Assembly: GCA_036163585.1 (NCBI GenBank)
Contig: JAYZKH010000022.1
Span: 1-35,173 of the forward strand
Source of the DNA: Fidelibacterota bacterium
Lineage (GTDB): Bacteria > Fidelibacterota > Marinisomatia > Marinisomatales > Marinisomataceae
Direction: 5' to 3'
Length of the DNA stretch: 35,173 nt
Shown: positions 9,169 to 18,688 of the stretch, in pieces
Layout: the number at the start of each line of letters is the position of its first letter
How positions within the stretch are numbered: the first letter of the stretch is position 1
Made by a program: the position numbers and the translations under genes
Notes under the pieces: generated by a model
Database searches by the model: none
Told to the model about the DNA's origin: nothing
The model's input: only the letters and a program-made list of their open reading frames with translations

Positions 9169-10091
9169 GAAAATTGAAGATAGAAAAATATTATATACAG
9201 CAGAACTAAGAATGCACCAGAAAACTTATTTAAACCATTGAAAAATATTCCAAACATGTATAATAAGAACAAGAGAAACAATCCAAAGAAAAGCTCCATT
9301 GTTACATTGCTAGCAGCAATAGGTCCAACTAAACCAACACTACCTAAAACAAATAAAATATTGAATATATTCGATCCAATAATATTCCCAAGAGATATAC
9401 CTACTGCTTTCTTAGATAAGGCTAACAAAGTAACGAATATTTCAGGCAAGGATGTACCAATAGCAATAACTGTCATACCAACTGCTTTTTCAGAAAACCC
9501 TAACTCTCTTACTAGTGGAGCTGCACCATTATTAACAAATAAATCTGATCCAGCATACAAAACTATACTGCCAGCAGCTAATTTCATAATTGATCTAAGC
9601 AAACCTAATTCATTCTCGCTCGCTAATTCATCATTACAAGAAGTGATATTAGGCCTTAAGAAACTACCAATTATATAGATTACAAATATAAATAGTAGCC
9701 CCTGTGATTCTAAAAGAACAATTTTATTATCTAGTAATATATAGTATAAATATCCAACCGCTATAAGATTATAAACAAAAACAGAGGTTAATTCTTTCGA
9801 TTTGAATGATATTCTGTATAACAAAGCAGGCAAACCTAATGCCAAACCAATATTTGCTATATTAGACCCTAAAACATTGCCAATAATAAAATCATTGTAT
9901 CCCTCCCATGCAGATATTAAACCAACCACGAGTTCAGGAAAAGAAGTTCCAATAGATACTACTGTTAATCCTATAACTAAGTCAGATATTTTGAATTTTT
10001 TTGCAATATTTTTTGCTCCATCTATCAACCATTCTGAACCAAAATAAAGACCGACGGATCCAAATATCAGAAAAAATAAACTTGATAGCAT
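9165..10091 (-). CDS. Ca2+/Na+ (CaCA/YrbG-type) antiporter
   Basis: About 10 TM segments. There are two alpha-repeats, GNVLGSNIANIGLALG and GNIIGSNIFNILFVLG, each preceded by GTSFPE/GTSLPE. Confidence 0.85.
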   Translation of the reverse strand: MLSSLFFLIFGSVGLYFGSEWLIDGAKNIAKKFKISDLVIGLTVVSIGTSFPELVVGLISAWEGYNDFIIGNVLGSNIANIGLALGLPALLYRISFKSKELTSVFVYNLIAVGYLYYILLDNKIVLLESQGLLFIFVIYIIGSFLRPNITSCNDELASENELGLLRSIMKLAAGSIVLYAGSDLFVNNGAAPLVRELGFSEKAVGMTVIAIGTSLPEIFVTLLALSKKAVGISLGNIIGSNIFNILFVLGSVGLVGPIAASNVTMELFFGLFLLFLLYMFGIFFNGLNKFSGAFLVLLYIIFFYLQFS

Positions 10092-10672
10092 TAATACAGC
10101 TCCTTTTCATTGATATATTCCCATACTTCTTTAGGAACCATATATCTAATTGTTTTACCCTCTTTCCATCTTCTTCTTATATTGGTAGAAGAAACCTCAA
10201 ATCTTGGAATGTTTGCGAAACGCACATTATCTAAAACCCATTGTGGAATATCGCTTGGAGTAAAACCTGGTCTGATTGCAACAATAATATTGCACAGCTT
10301 GAGAATTTCTTTAGGTTCTTTCCAATTATGAAAAGTCTTTAAAGTGTCACTTCCCATGAGGAAGAATAAATCTTTTTTATCTAATTTTAACTCATTAACA
10401 AATTCTTTTATTGTATCAATGGTGTAACTAATGCCTTCTCTTTTGATTTCTAAATCAGAAATCTCAAAGTTGAGATTATTTGTTAATGACATTTCTAGCA
10501 TCTTGGATCTTTCTTCTGGAGCAGAACTGTCTCCATTCTTTTTTGCTGGTGAAATGTTAGCAGGAACGAATATTAATCTTTCAAAATTTTCAGATTCAAA
10601 AACAGTTTGTGCAATCAAAAGGTGCCCAATATGAGGAGGGTCAAAAGTTCCGCCAAAAATGCAAGTTTTCAT
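10091..10672 (-). CDS. nadD: Nicotinate-nucleotide adenylyltransferase
   Basis: It has IFGGTFDPPHIGHL (H-x-G-H) and a C-terminal SSTNIRRR motif. 193 aa. Confidence 0.9.
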   Translation of the reverse strand: MKTCIFGGTFDPPHIGHLLIAQTVFESENFERLIFVPANISPAKKNGDSSAPEERSKMLEMSLTNNLNFEISDLEIKREGISYTIDTIKEFVNELKLDKKDLFFLMGSDTLKTFHNWKEPKEILKLCNIIVAIRPGFTPSDIPQWVLDNVRFANIPRFEVSSTNIRRRWKEGKTIRYMVPKEVWEYINEKELY

Positions 10673-10692
10673 TTTTTATCTTTCTATAAAAT

Positions 10693-11433
10693 TTATGATG
10701 GATCGTTTAAAATTTTAGATGCTAACTCTTTAAAATTTCCATCAGCAAGTGATTCATTTTCCTCTGTAAGATCGTTCAAGAAAAGCTTTGCTTCATCTTT
10801 TTTATCCATCAAAACAAGACAACGGATAATTTCTAAATTTGCATCATCATAATACTCTGTATCATAATAATCTGTTGTAACAATTTTATATGATACCATT
10901 GCAGAGTCATATGCTTTTAATTTTACATAAAGTTCACCGGTTTCCATATTCTTTCTAGCTAATGTTAATCGTATCTTCTTAATTAATTTATCTGCATCCA
11001 ATGAGTATTCGGATTTTGGATAATCATCTAAAAACTGTTGTATTTCTATAATAGCTTTTCTGCTTGAATCTTGATCATGATAATAATTAGGAGATAATCC
11101 CATAAGAGATTCACAGATTCTCCAGCGAGCTTTTTCAATATAAGGGCTAAAACCCATTCTAGATACTAGCTTTTCATATTCAAGTAAAGCTAAATCATAA
11201 TCGTTGTCTAAGTAGTATGATTCTGCAAGAAAAAACAGTGCATCATCACCAAGATCTGTATGAGATGCCCTTTGTACAATGATATTAAATTGTTGAGCAG
11301 CACGACCATATTTTTCTTCTTCAAAGAATGCTAATCCATCATCAAATCTTTGTTTATAAGGAATATCATCATCAAAAGGATTGGACGAACAACTAACCAA
11401 ATAAAAAAGAATTAGTATAAGAAATATTCTCAT
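10693..11433 (-). CDS. bamD: Outer-membrane protein assembly factor BamD (YfiO) lipoprotein
   Basis: The TPR-like repeats follow the BamD pattern (HDQDSSRKAIIEIQQFLDDYPKSEY...LARKNMETGELYVKLKAYDSA). The track start at 11475 is a GTG extension. The ATG at 11433 gives a lipoprotein signal, MRIFLILILFYLVS-C. Confidence 0.8.
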   Translation of the reverse strand: MRIFLILILFYLVSCSSNPFDDDIPYKQRFDDGLAFFEEEKYGRAAQQFNIIVQRASHTDLGDDALFFLAESYYLDNDYDLALLEYEKLVSRMGFSPYIEKARWRICESLMGLSPNYYHDQDSSRKAIIEIQQFLDDYPKSEYSLDADKLIKKIRLTLARKNMETGELYVKLKAYDSAMVSYKIVTTDYYDTEYYDDANLEIIRCLVLMDKKDEAKLFLNDLTEENESLADGNFKELASKILNDPS

Positions 11434-11461
11434 ATTAGAAAATATAGCTGAAAAGAAATGA

Positions 11462-12397
11462 TTAGAAAGAGCCACTGAAAGAAAATCTCACCATATCTGA
11501 ATGTGGATCGAGATCTCCGCCCATAACGTAGCTAACATCAAATCCAATAGGATCTAAACGAGCACCTAAGCCTAAGGTAGTGTAACTTAACTCTCCAGAT
11601 GGGTCATTCATAAACCCTCCTCTGAAAGCGAAATTGTCTACAATGAAATACTCGAAACCAAGATTCGTTACCATTGCTTGGTCATTTACTTCATAATTCA
11701 AATCAAATGCTAGATTCCCTTTTCCTTCAAGCATTGCTAATCCAATTCCAAAACCTAAACGTGTAGGAAGTGGATCTGAATCACCATCATTGAAACTTAC
11801 CCCTGGACCAACATTAGTTAATACAGCTCCCATAGTAAGGTTCGGATTGTTCATAGCATTACGTTTAAAATACCCTAAATCAACAGCAAAACTACCAGTT
11901 GCTGCATCAACGCTACTTAAGTCTGCGAGTTCTTGATAAAAATATTTACCATTAACTCCCCATGATGAATTTTCATCAATTCTTTTTGAGTATGACAGGT
12001 TTAGTGCATACATATAACTAGAAAATGTACCGAGTTCAACACCATTATCATCAGTACTAATCTGATCACCAAGATTTAAATAAGTGAAATGGCCTCCAAT
12101 TGCACCATCCCCTCTAAAAGGTGTTCCAAAAGCAATAAAATCATAAGACATATCATCAACTAAATTTGGTAGATAGCTAGTATGCATAAATGAAGCTTCC
12201 ATTCCTTGGAGATTAGAAAGTCCCGCTGGGTTGTAGTATGTAGAGTAAACATCATTTGCAATTCCTATTTGTGCTTCTCCCATAGCATTTGCTCTTGCGC
12301 CTGGATTAATTGCTAGAAATAAGGAACCCGCTTTTCCTTGAGCCATTACTACTTGTGAAAATAATAGTAAAGCGAATATGAATTTTTTATAACTCAT
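11462..12397 (-). CDS. PorV/PorQ-family (FadL-like) outer-membrane beta-barrel
   Basis: It has a signal peptide ending VMAQG. The N-terminal block GSLFLAINPGARANAMGEAQIGIANDVYSTYYNPAGLSNL is the family's conserved motif as I remember it. The sequence has alternating beta-strand character and a C-terminal aromatic residue (GSF). Confidence 0.65.
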   Translation of the reverse strand: MSYKKFIFALLLFSQVVMAQGKAGSLFLAINPGARANAMGEAQIGIANDVYSTYYNPAGLSNLQGMEASFMHTSYLPNLVDDMSYDFIAFGTPFRGDGAIGGHFTYLNLGDQISTDDNGVELGTFSSYMYALNLSYSKRIDENSSWGVNGKYFYQELADLSSVDAATGSFAVDLGYFKRNAMNNPNLTMGAVLTNVGPGVSFNDGDSDPLPTRLGFGIGLAMLEGKGNLAFDLNYEVNDQAMVTNLGFEYFIVDNFAFRGGFMNDPSGELSYTTLGLGARLDPIGFDVSYVMGGDLDPHSDMVRFSFSGSF

Positions 12398-12420
12398 GAT
12401 GTGTTAAGTATAAACAAAAT

Positions 12421-14217
12421 TTAATAAAAGAACAAAGGAATATATGTTATAAACAAAACACCAATTAACCTTATAAAAAAGTACGGCATAGTTGCTTTAT
12501 AAACTGTTGGCATATCTTTCTCAAAACGATACGATGATAAAAATAAATTCATCCCTACTGGAGGAGTAATATATCCTAATTCGAGATTTGCAATAAAGAT
12601 AATAGCTAAGTGTATAGGATCAATACCAAAATAAGCTGCCAATGGAGCAATTAAAGGTACTATAACAATAATTGCAGAGAAAACATCCATAATACAGCCA
12701 GCAACTAATAAGAGAATATTCAATGCTAATAAGAATATTATTTTTGATTCAATTGCTTGTTGTGCAAAGTGAAGAATCTTTAATGGAATTTGAGCATCTA
12801 CAAGATAGCCGGTAAAACCCATAGCAAAACCAAGAATAATCAATACTCCTCCAACAAGTGTAGCACAATCAATTACAATCTTAGGAATATCATTTATGTT
12901 AATATCTTTATAAACATATAACTCAACAAATAAAACATATACCACCAAAAGAGCTGCACATTCTACTAATGTTGCAAAACCACTAAACAAACCAAGAACA
13001 ATCAATATTGGAATAACAATTTCCCACTTTGCAACAGATAGAGCTTGCATAGAATCTTTTAAACTAAACTTTGTCTTTTTTTGTTTAGGTGGTCTATGAT
13101 AAAAACCGTACGATACAACAACTAGCAATAAAAATAGTGCTGGGAGAAACCCTTGCTTAAACAGATCAATTGGATTAATACCAGCTGTCACTGAGTAAAT
13201 AATTGCAGGCAAACTCGGAGGGAAAAGAAGACCTAAAGATCCAGCTGTTGTAATCAATCCTAAAGAAAATACTTCTGAATACCCTTCCTCAACTAAAATA
13301 GGATATAAAATAGCACCAAGTGCCAAAATAGTAACACCAGAACCACCTGTAAGAGCAGTAAAAAATGCACATAATAATACAACGATTAAAACAGTAGAAC
13401 CAGGAAGCCATCCAAGCGAAGCTTTAAAAAAATCTAAAAGACGTCTAGAAATATTGCTTTCAGCAAGAATATATCCTGCTAATGTAAATATCGGAATAGC
13501 TGCTAATGTCGGAGAAACTACAATACGGTAAGCACTATCACTAATTGTAGAAATTAAGTCAAAATTGGTAGCCCAATCAGTGGGTTCTGATAAAAAGAAA
13601 AGTATTGAAAGAGTGGCTAAAACAATAAAAATAGGCAAACCGAATGCTACTAATGCAAGAGTAGCTAAAACCTTAATTGTTAAAATAATTTCATTCGAAA
13701 ATGGAAATTGCCAGTAATAAAGAATTGCAACAGACAAAAAAGAATAAAAGACCAAGAATAAACGATAATTTAATCTATTGCTACTTGTCATTATCATATG
13801 ATACCAAATCAAAAATAATCCAATTGGAATAATGCTTTGTGCAACCCATACTGGTATAAATGGAGCAACAAATTCTGGATATTGGATTCCAATTTGTATC
13901 ATTTTTAGATAAGAAACAGCAAGAAGCAAAACTATTGCAGCTGAAACAAGATGAACTAGAAAATGCCCGATATTGAATTCAGAAGACTGTTTAAATACTG
14001 GCTCTCGTACAACCGCTAAAAGCCTATTAGATCTTGTAGCTAATACTGCACCAATAAATGCAATCCACAATGTCATATGTTGTACAATTTCTTGTGAAGC
14101 AGGAATAGAAAAAAAATCAATGGATCTAGATAATATTTGGAAAACTGGAAAAGAAACAATTATTGCAAAACAAAAATAACAGACGAAATTCTCTATCTTA
14201 TTAAGAATATTATTCAT
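12421..14217 (-). CDS. TRAP transporter fused small/large permease (DctQ-DctM, TatQ-M type)
   Basis: 598 aa and highly hydrophobic. An N-terminal ~4-TM Q-like part is fused to a DctM-like part (TGGSGVTILALGAILYPIL, TAGSLGLLFPPS). It overlaps the upstream P-component gene by 8 nt. Confidence 0.9.
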   Translation of the reverse strand: MNNILNKIENFVCYFCFAIIVSFPVFQILSRSIDFFSIPASQEIVQHMTLWIAFIGAVLATRSNRLLAVVREPVFKQSSEFNIGHFLVHLVSAAIVLLLAVSYLKMIQIGIQYPEFVAPFIPVWVAQSIIPIGLFLIWYHMIMTSSNRLNYRLFLVFYSFLSVAILYYWQFPFSNEIILTIKVLATLALVAFGLPIFIVLATLSILFFLSEPTDWATNFDLISTISDSAYRIVVSPTLAAIPIFTLAGYILAESNISRRLLDFFKASLGWLPGSTVLIVVLLCAFFTALTGGSGVTILALGAILYPILVEEGYSEVFSLGLITTAGSLGLLFPPSLPAIIYSVTAGINPIDLFKQGFLPALFLLLVVVSYGFYHRPPKQKKTKFSLKDSMQALSVAKWEIVIPILIVLGLFSGFATLVECAALLVVYVLFVELYVYKDININDIPKIVIDCATLVGGVLIILGFAMGFTGYLVDAQIPLKILHFAQQAIESKIIFLLALNILLLVAGCIMDVFSAIIVIVPLIAPLAAYFGIDPIHLAIIFIANLELGYITPPVGMNLFLSSYRFEKDMPTVYKATMPYFFIRLIGVLFITYIPLFFY

Positions 14218-15193
14218 TAATAGCAGAAGTCACTTTTTCATAAATCTCTTCAGAAACAAATGTGTCAATAACATCAGGCATAATTTCTTCTTTGAAATTT
14301 TCCCATATTTGTAGTTCTTCAGTGGTTGGAGTTTTAATCTTCATGCCATTTTGTTCCATTATTTCAATTGCTTTAGCTTCTGTCCTTCTTCCAGTTTCTT
14401 TATATTTTTCACCAATCTCATATGCTATTTCCATCATTACCTTTTGATGTTCAGGTCGCACTTTCGACCAAACTCTCTCATCAATAATAACTGCCCCAAT
14501 GAATACAGCCCATTTTAGATCTAACATATTTGGCATTAAAGCAAACCAACCAGAACTAAGAGATAATATAGGAACTGTTTGAACAGTGTTAATCATCCCT
14601 GTCTGTAAACTAGTAAGAATATCTGTTTCTGAAACAGGAACTGCATTAAAGCCAAACTCTTTAAAAAGTTCAACAGTAACATAGTCTCCAGCTGTTGTAT
14701 AAATCTTAGCATTCCTTAAGTCCTCTGGAACTGCAACTTCATTTGCAGAAAACCAATAAACCCACCCAATATCAACTAGAAATAATAATTTAAACCCACT
14801 ATCAGACAGTCCATCACTAATATCATCAAACATTGCATTTTTGACTTTCTCTACATCCTCATAATCTTTAAACCCCATTGGAATTGTAAATGCTTGAATT
14901 TGATCTGTGAGATCAGAAAGACCAATAGAAGACATTGCTGAAGCTTGAATCTGTCCTATGCGCATCTTTCTAATAGTATCACTTTCACGTCCAACAACAC
15001 CATTTGGATAAATTCGGAGTATCACTTGTCCATCTGTTTCTTCTTGCCATCTCTGCCCCATTTCAAGGAGCAAGTTATAGTATTCTGTTCCTTCGGGAGC
15101 AAGTGTGGCAAGCTTGATGACAATAGGTTTAGATAATAATGTTCCCGAACATATTACTAACACAAGAATACTATTTATAATTTTTTTTATCAT
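14210..15193 (-). CDS. TRAP transporter substrate-binding protein (DctP family, TatP-like)
   Basis: 327 aa with a signal peptide and the DctP-like pattern (KLATLAPEGTEYYN..., IQASAMSS...). It sits between the TatT-like gene and the fused permease, with an ATGA overlap to the tatT-like stop. Confidence 0.85.
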   Translation of the reverse strand: MIKKIINSILVLVICSGTLLSKPIVIKLATLAPEGTEYYNLLLEMGQRWQEETDGQVILRIYPNGVVGRESDTIRKMRIGQIQASAMSSIGLSDLTDQIQAFTIPMGFKDYEDVEKVKNAMFDDISDGLSDSGFKLLFLVDIGWVYWFSANEVAVPEDLRNAKIYTTAGDYVTVELFKEFGFNAVPVSETDILTSLQTGMINTVQTVPILSLSSGWFALMPNMLDLKWAVFIGAVIIDERVWSKVRPEHQKVMMEIAYEIGEKYKETGRRTEAKAIEIMEQNGMKIKTPTTEELQIWENFKEEIMPDVIDTFVSEEIYEKVTSAINE

Positions 15194-16038
15194 ATGTAAA
15201 AAAGGTCATCAATTCTAGTTAATAGCCATTTCGCTCTTAATTTAGACAATAAATTTGCTTGTTTCATTTCTTTGTCTGCATTTACATCCATTGATAAAGC
15301 CTTATTAATTAACTCAAGAAAATATTCTTTGTCCTGTTTTGCTACCGCAAAACTTTCTGCCAATGTAACATAAATACCTATATTATTTCCATTGGCTGCA
15401 CGATCAGCAAGCTCAAAATATTCTAATGCTTTTTTCTCTGAATTTCCATCACCTGATGGATCATTAAGATAAAAACTCATCATAGCAGAATATAGTGCAC
15501 CTTCATTCCAAGCAGGTTCAATAATAAGAGCATTTTCAAGCAACCATCTAATGTTTGATAAATCAATTAAATATTTTGGATCTCCTTTGCTTGCTGATAT
15601 ACAGCCTGCCATAGACCCGCTAAGCCAATATAGATATGGGATATCTCTACTTGTAAAGCTGATTGCTTCCTTTCTCATCATTTTAGACTCAAAACCAGGA
15701 TGTCTTAAAGATAAAGCAGTCAACATATAGTCTTTTGATGTGATAAACAATTCAAGAGCTTCTCCATAATATTCTCTTGCAGTGTAATAATCAGCATACA
15801 TGAGTCTATCTGCTTTATCCATGAGAATTGCATAAGAATATTGAACTAATTTTTCAGAAGCACTCAAATAGACTTCAGAATTATAAGAATCTCTTTTAAT
15901 CTTCTTTGCTTCATTCTTTGCTGTTAAAGGAATAGTATATTCAATGATATCTGCCCCAAAGATTCTATCTCTATTTGCAGAACATCCATTAAGAATCAAG
16001 ATTGCAAGAATTGAAATGTATACTTGTTTTCTTATCAT
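15190..16038 (-). CDS. TPR lipoprotein, TRAP-associated TatT-like component
   Basis: It has a lipoprotein signal (ILILNG-C) and an all-helical TPR-like sequence. It lies immediately upstream of the P and QM genes and is translationally coupled to them, the same order as T. pallidum tatT-tatP-tatQM. The family call rests on context plus by-eye resemblance. Confidence 0.6.
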   Translation of the reverse strand: MIRKQVYISILAILILNGCSANRDRIFGADIIEYTIPLTAKNEAKKIKRDSYNSEVYLSASEKLVQYSYAILMDKADRLMYADYYTAREYYGEALELFITSKDYMLTALSLRHPGFESKMMRKEAISFTSRDIPYLYWLSGSMAGCISASKGDPKYLIDLSNIRWLLENALIIEPAWNEGALYSAMMSFYLNDPSGDGNSEKKALEYFELADRAANGNNIGIYVTLAESFAVAKQDKEYFLELINKALSMDVNADKEMKQANLLSKLRAKWLLTRIDDLFYI

Positions 16039-16040
16039 AA

Positions 16041-17324
16041 TTAATATATTGGAAATAATTTACAAAGTTCTTTTATTTCTTGTTTTACAGAATTAATAAC
16101 AGATTCATCTTCATTATTCATAATAACTCTATCAATAAGATCTACAATAATCTTTACTTCATCTAAACCCATTCCCCTTGTTGTTAAAGCAGGAGAACCA
16201 ATCCTTACTCCGCTAGTAATAAAGGGACTTTTTGGATCAAAAGGAACCATATTTTTATTCAGAGTAATACCCGCTAAATCTAATGCATGTTCTGCTTGTT
16301 TTCCGGTAACATTTTTATTTTGCAAGTCTAGTAGAATTAAATGTGTATCTGTCCCTCCAGAAATGACATCATATCCTCTTGAATTAAATTCTTCAGCAAA
16401 ACACTTAGCATTCTCTAATACAGATTTAATATACTCTTTAAAGCTAGGATCTAGTGCTTCCTTGAATGCAACAGCTTTACCAGCAATAACATGCATCAAT
16501 GGCCCACCTTGTATACCTGGCATTACCGCGGCATCAATTAATTCTGACATCATCTTTACTCTACCGCTCTTTGGAGCAACTACACCGTATGGATTCTCAA
16601 AATCTTTCCCTAGCAGTATAATTCCTCCCCTTGGACCTCTTAATGTTTTATGTGTACTTGTAGATACTACATGACAATGTGGAAATGGAGAAGGATGCAT
16701 TCCTGCTGCAATTAATCCTGCATTATGACATATATCACCATGTAAAAAAGCCCCTACTTCATCAGCTATCTCTCTAAATCTTTCAAATTCAATTTGTCTC
16801 GGGTATGCACTAGCTCCGCAAATAATCAATTTTGGTTTGTGTTCTTTTGCTTTTTTTAACAAATCATCAAAATCGATTAATCCATCTTCTTTTTTTACAT
16901 GAAATGTGACTGAGTTGTATATCTGTCCTGAGAAACTAACTTTACTGCCATGGGTTAAGTGACCTCCATGACTAAGATCAAGACCCATAATACAATCTCC
17001 AGGATCTAACATTGCTAGATAAACACCCATATTGGAAGAAGATCCAGAATGAGGTTGTACATTTGCATAATCTGCTTTAAACAATTCTTTGGCACGAGCA
17101 ATAGCTAAATTTTCAGCTTCATCAACATGGATGCATCCACCATAATATCGTTTGCCAGGATATCCTTCAGCATATTTATTTGTCAAAGGTGATCCAACAG
17201 CTTCTAAGACAGCTTTACTAGTAAAATTTTCTGAAGCAATTAACTCTAAAAAATTATTTTGTCGTTGAACTTCAGAATCAATTATTGATGAAATATCAGG
17301 ATCTTGATTTTTCAGATTTGACAT
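16041..17324 (-). CDS. glyA: Serine hydroxymethyltransferase
   Basis: [23 protein letters not shown] and the PLP-lysine region [16 protein letters not shown] are all present. 427 aa. Confidence 0.97.
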   Translation of the reverse strand: MSNLKNQDPDISSIIDSEVQRQNNFLELIASENFTSKAVLEAVGSPLTNKYAEGYPGKRYYGGCIHVDEAENLAIARAKELFKADYANVQPHSGSSSNMGVYLAMLDPGDCIMGLDLSHGGHLTHGSKVSFSGQIYNSVTFHVKKEDGLIDFDDLLKKAKEHKPKLIICGASAYPRQIEFERFREIADEVGAFLHGDICHNAGLIAAGMHPSPFPHCHVVSTSTHKTLRGPRGGIILLGKDFENPYGVVAPKSGRVKMMSELIDAAVMPGIQGGPLMHVIAGKAVAFKEALDPSFKEYIKSVLENAKCFAEEFNSRGYDVISGGTDTHLILLDLQNKNVTGKQAEHALDLAGITLNKNMVPFDPKSPFITSGVRIGSPALTTRGMGLDEVKIIVDLIDRVIMNNEDESVINSVKQEIKELCKLFPIY

Positions 17325-17328
17325 TTAA

Positions 17329-18669
17329 TTACCAATCACTTTGCTTAGGCAAGGACTCGCTTACCCAATCATAACATCTGCCAGCAGGTTTTACTTTGCC
17401 GCTAGCTTGAATATCTTTATCAGTCATAAACCAATCAGAATATCCGAATAAAACATCATTACTTTCCAGCCAATTCTTTTGTTTGAAATGTTTTGAATTG
17501 CCCTTCTTCTCTGCTTTTACAAAATAATTATATGCCATGGAGGCAACGATTTTGTCAGAACGAGAAAAATTATCTCCTCTACATGTTTGCATTGCTCTAT
17601 AGTATAGGTTACCCATATGAGACAAAGATTCTGCATTGCTCTTTGATATCTTTATGGCCTTCTGAGCCCAATCATATGCATCTTCAAATTCATCCATTTC
17701 CATATTATTCTCTGATATAAGCATTGCAACTCGGTAATTATTTCTATCTAATTCAAATAAATCTTCTAATACATCAACTGCATCTTCAAAGTCAGAATTT
17801 TCACTATAAGCTTTACCAAGCTTCATATATAACATACTATTGCTTCTATTATAACTTAATGCATTTTCAAGCACATCGATTGCTTCATCGGAGTCACCAT
17901 TATCAATCAATTTATCTGCATATTCGGTTGCATAAGAGGCATTCTCAACATTATTCTCATACCTATCCTTAAAAACCTCTAAAGGATCTTCTCCCGATGC
18001 TTCATATGCTTTTGCTAAATCAGATTGTACAGCAGCATTATTAGGATCAAAATCTAATATCTTTTTTAGTGTAGATATCTGTTCATCTTGTCTACCTTGT
18101 TGACCATATGCTGATGCCAAATCTCTTAATGATGCCACATCTTCTACCCCTTCATCCATTAAGCGTTCATATTCAATAATCATTTCATCAATTTTGCCCT
18201 GCTTTTTATATGCATATGCAAGTCTCTTCATTAATTCAGTATTATCTGGAAGCTCTTCCAGTCCTTGGATAAGTGCAGCTTCAGCTTCATCATATTTTCC
18301 TAAATACTCCAATGTGACAGCCCAATAAAGATATATATCATTAGGATTAACCCAGTCTGAATCCCATTTATCGCATCTAAGTGCTATAAGTTCAGAATAA
18401 GAGTTAGAGCTTAACTCCCAATTGCTAGTACTATAGTATTGTTGAGCACTACTTGCAAGTTGAGGACATCTATCATCTCTTTCATCGTCTATAGAATATG
18501 GATACCATCCTTCATTATATATCAAGCGAGTGGCATCTCTACAATCTAATTCTTGTGTCTCAACCCCATTTGAAATCCTTAACTTTTCACCTCTTCTACA
18601 TTGTGCATCTAAAACACTAAAAAAAAGAACACTTATAATCAAAAAATTCCATATATCTCTGTTATTCAT
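17329..18669 (-). CDS. Secreted TPR-repeat protein with Cys-containing N- and C-terminal segments (hypothetical)
   Basis: It has a signal peptide (FFSVLDA-QC) and multiple 34-residue A/Y/L-patterned repeats (e.g. AVTLEYLGKYDEAEAALIQGLEELPDN, LASAYGQQGRQDEQISTLKKILDFDPNN). An AGGAG sits 9 nt upstream of the ATG. Confidence 0.7.
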   Translation of the reverse strand: MNNRDIWNFLIISVLFFSVLDAQCRRGEKLRISNGVETQELDCRDATRLIYNEGWYPYSIDDERDDRCPQLASSAQQYYSTSNWELSSNSYSELIALRCDKWDSDWVNPNDIYLYWAVTLEYLGKYDEAEAALIQGLEELPDNTELMKRLAYAYKKQGKIDEMIIEYERLMDEGVEDVASLRDLASAYGQQGRQDEQISTLKKILDFDPNNAAVQSDLAKAYEASGEDPLEVFKDRYENNVENASYATEYADKLIDNGDSDEAIDVLENALSYNRSNSMLYMKLGKAYSENSDFEDAVDVLEDLFELDRNNYRVAMLISENNMEMDEFEDAYDWAQKAIKISKSNAESLSHMGNLYYRAMQTCRGDNFSRSDKIVASMAYNYFVKAEKKGNSKHFKQKNWLESNDVLFGYSDWFMTDKDIQASGKVKPAGRCYDWVSESLPKQSDW

Positions 18670-18678
18670 AATCTAAGT

Positions 18679-18683
18679 CTCCT
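18679..18683 (-). promoter_or_regulatory. Shine-Dalgarno-like AGGAG, 9 nt upstream of the TPR-protein ATG
   Basis: The minus strand reads gatatAGGAGacttagattATG. Confidence 0.4.
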
Positions 18684-18688
18684 ATATC

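Noticed and set aside
9238-10047. 146-aa and 81-aa plus-strand ORFs antisense to the CaCA antiporter
   Set aside because: They are shadow ORFs of an AT-rich membrane-protein gene, with no start context or motif.
11434-11475. N-terminal extension of BamD (track start 11475), which would overlap the PorV-like gene
   Set aside because: The extension starts at GTG and precedes a perfect lipoprotein signal beginning at the ATG at 11433, so I treat it as an over-call.
16363-16674. 103-aa plus-strand ORF antisense to glyA
   Set aside because: It is a shadow ORF opposite one of the most conserved genes in the window.
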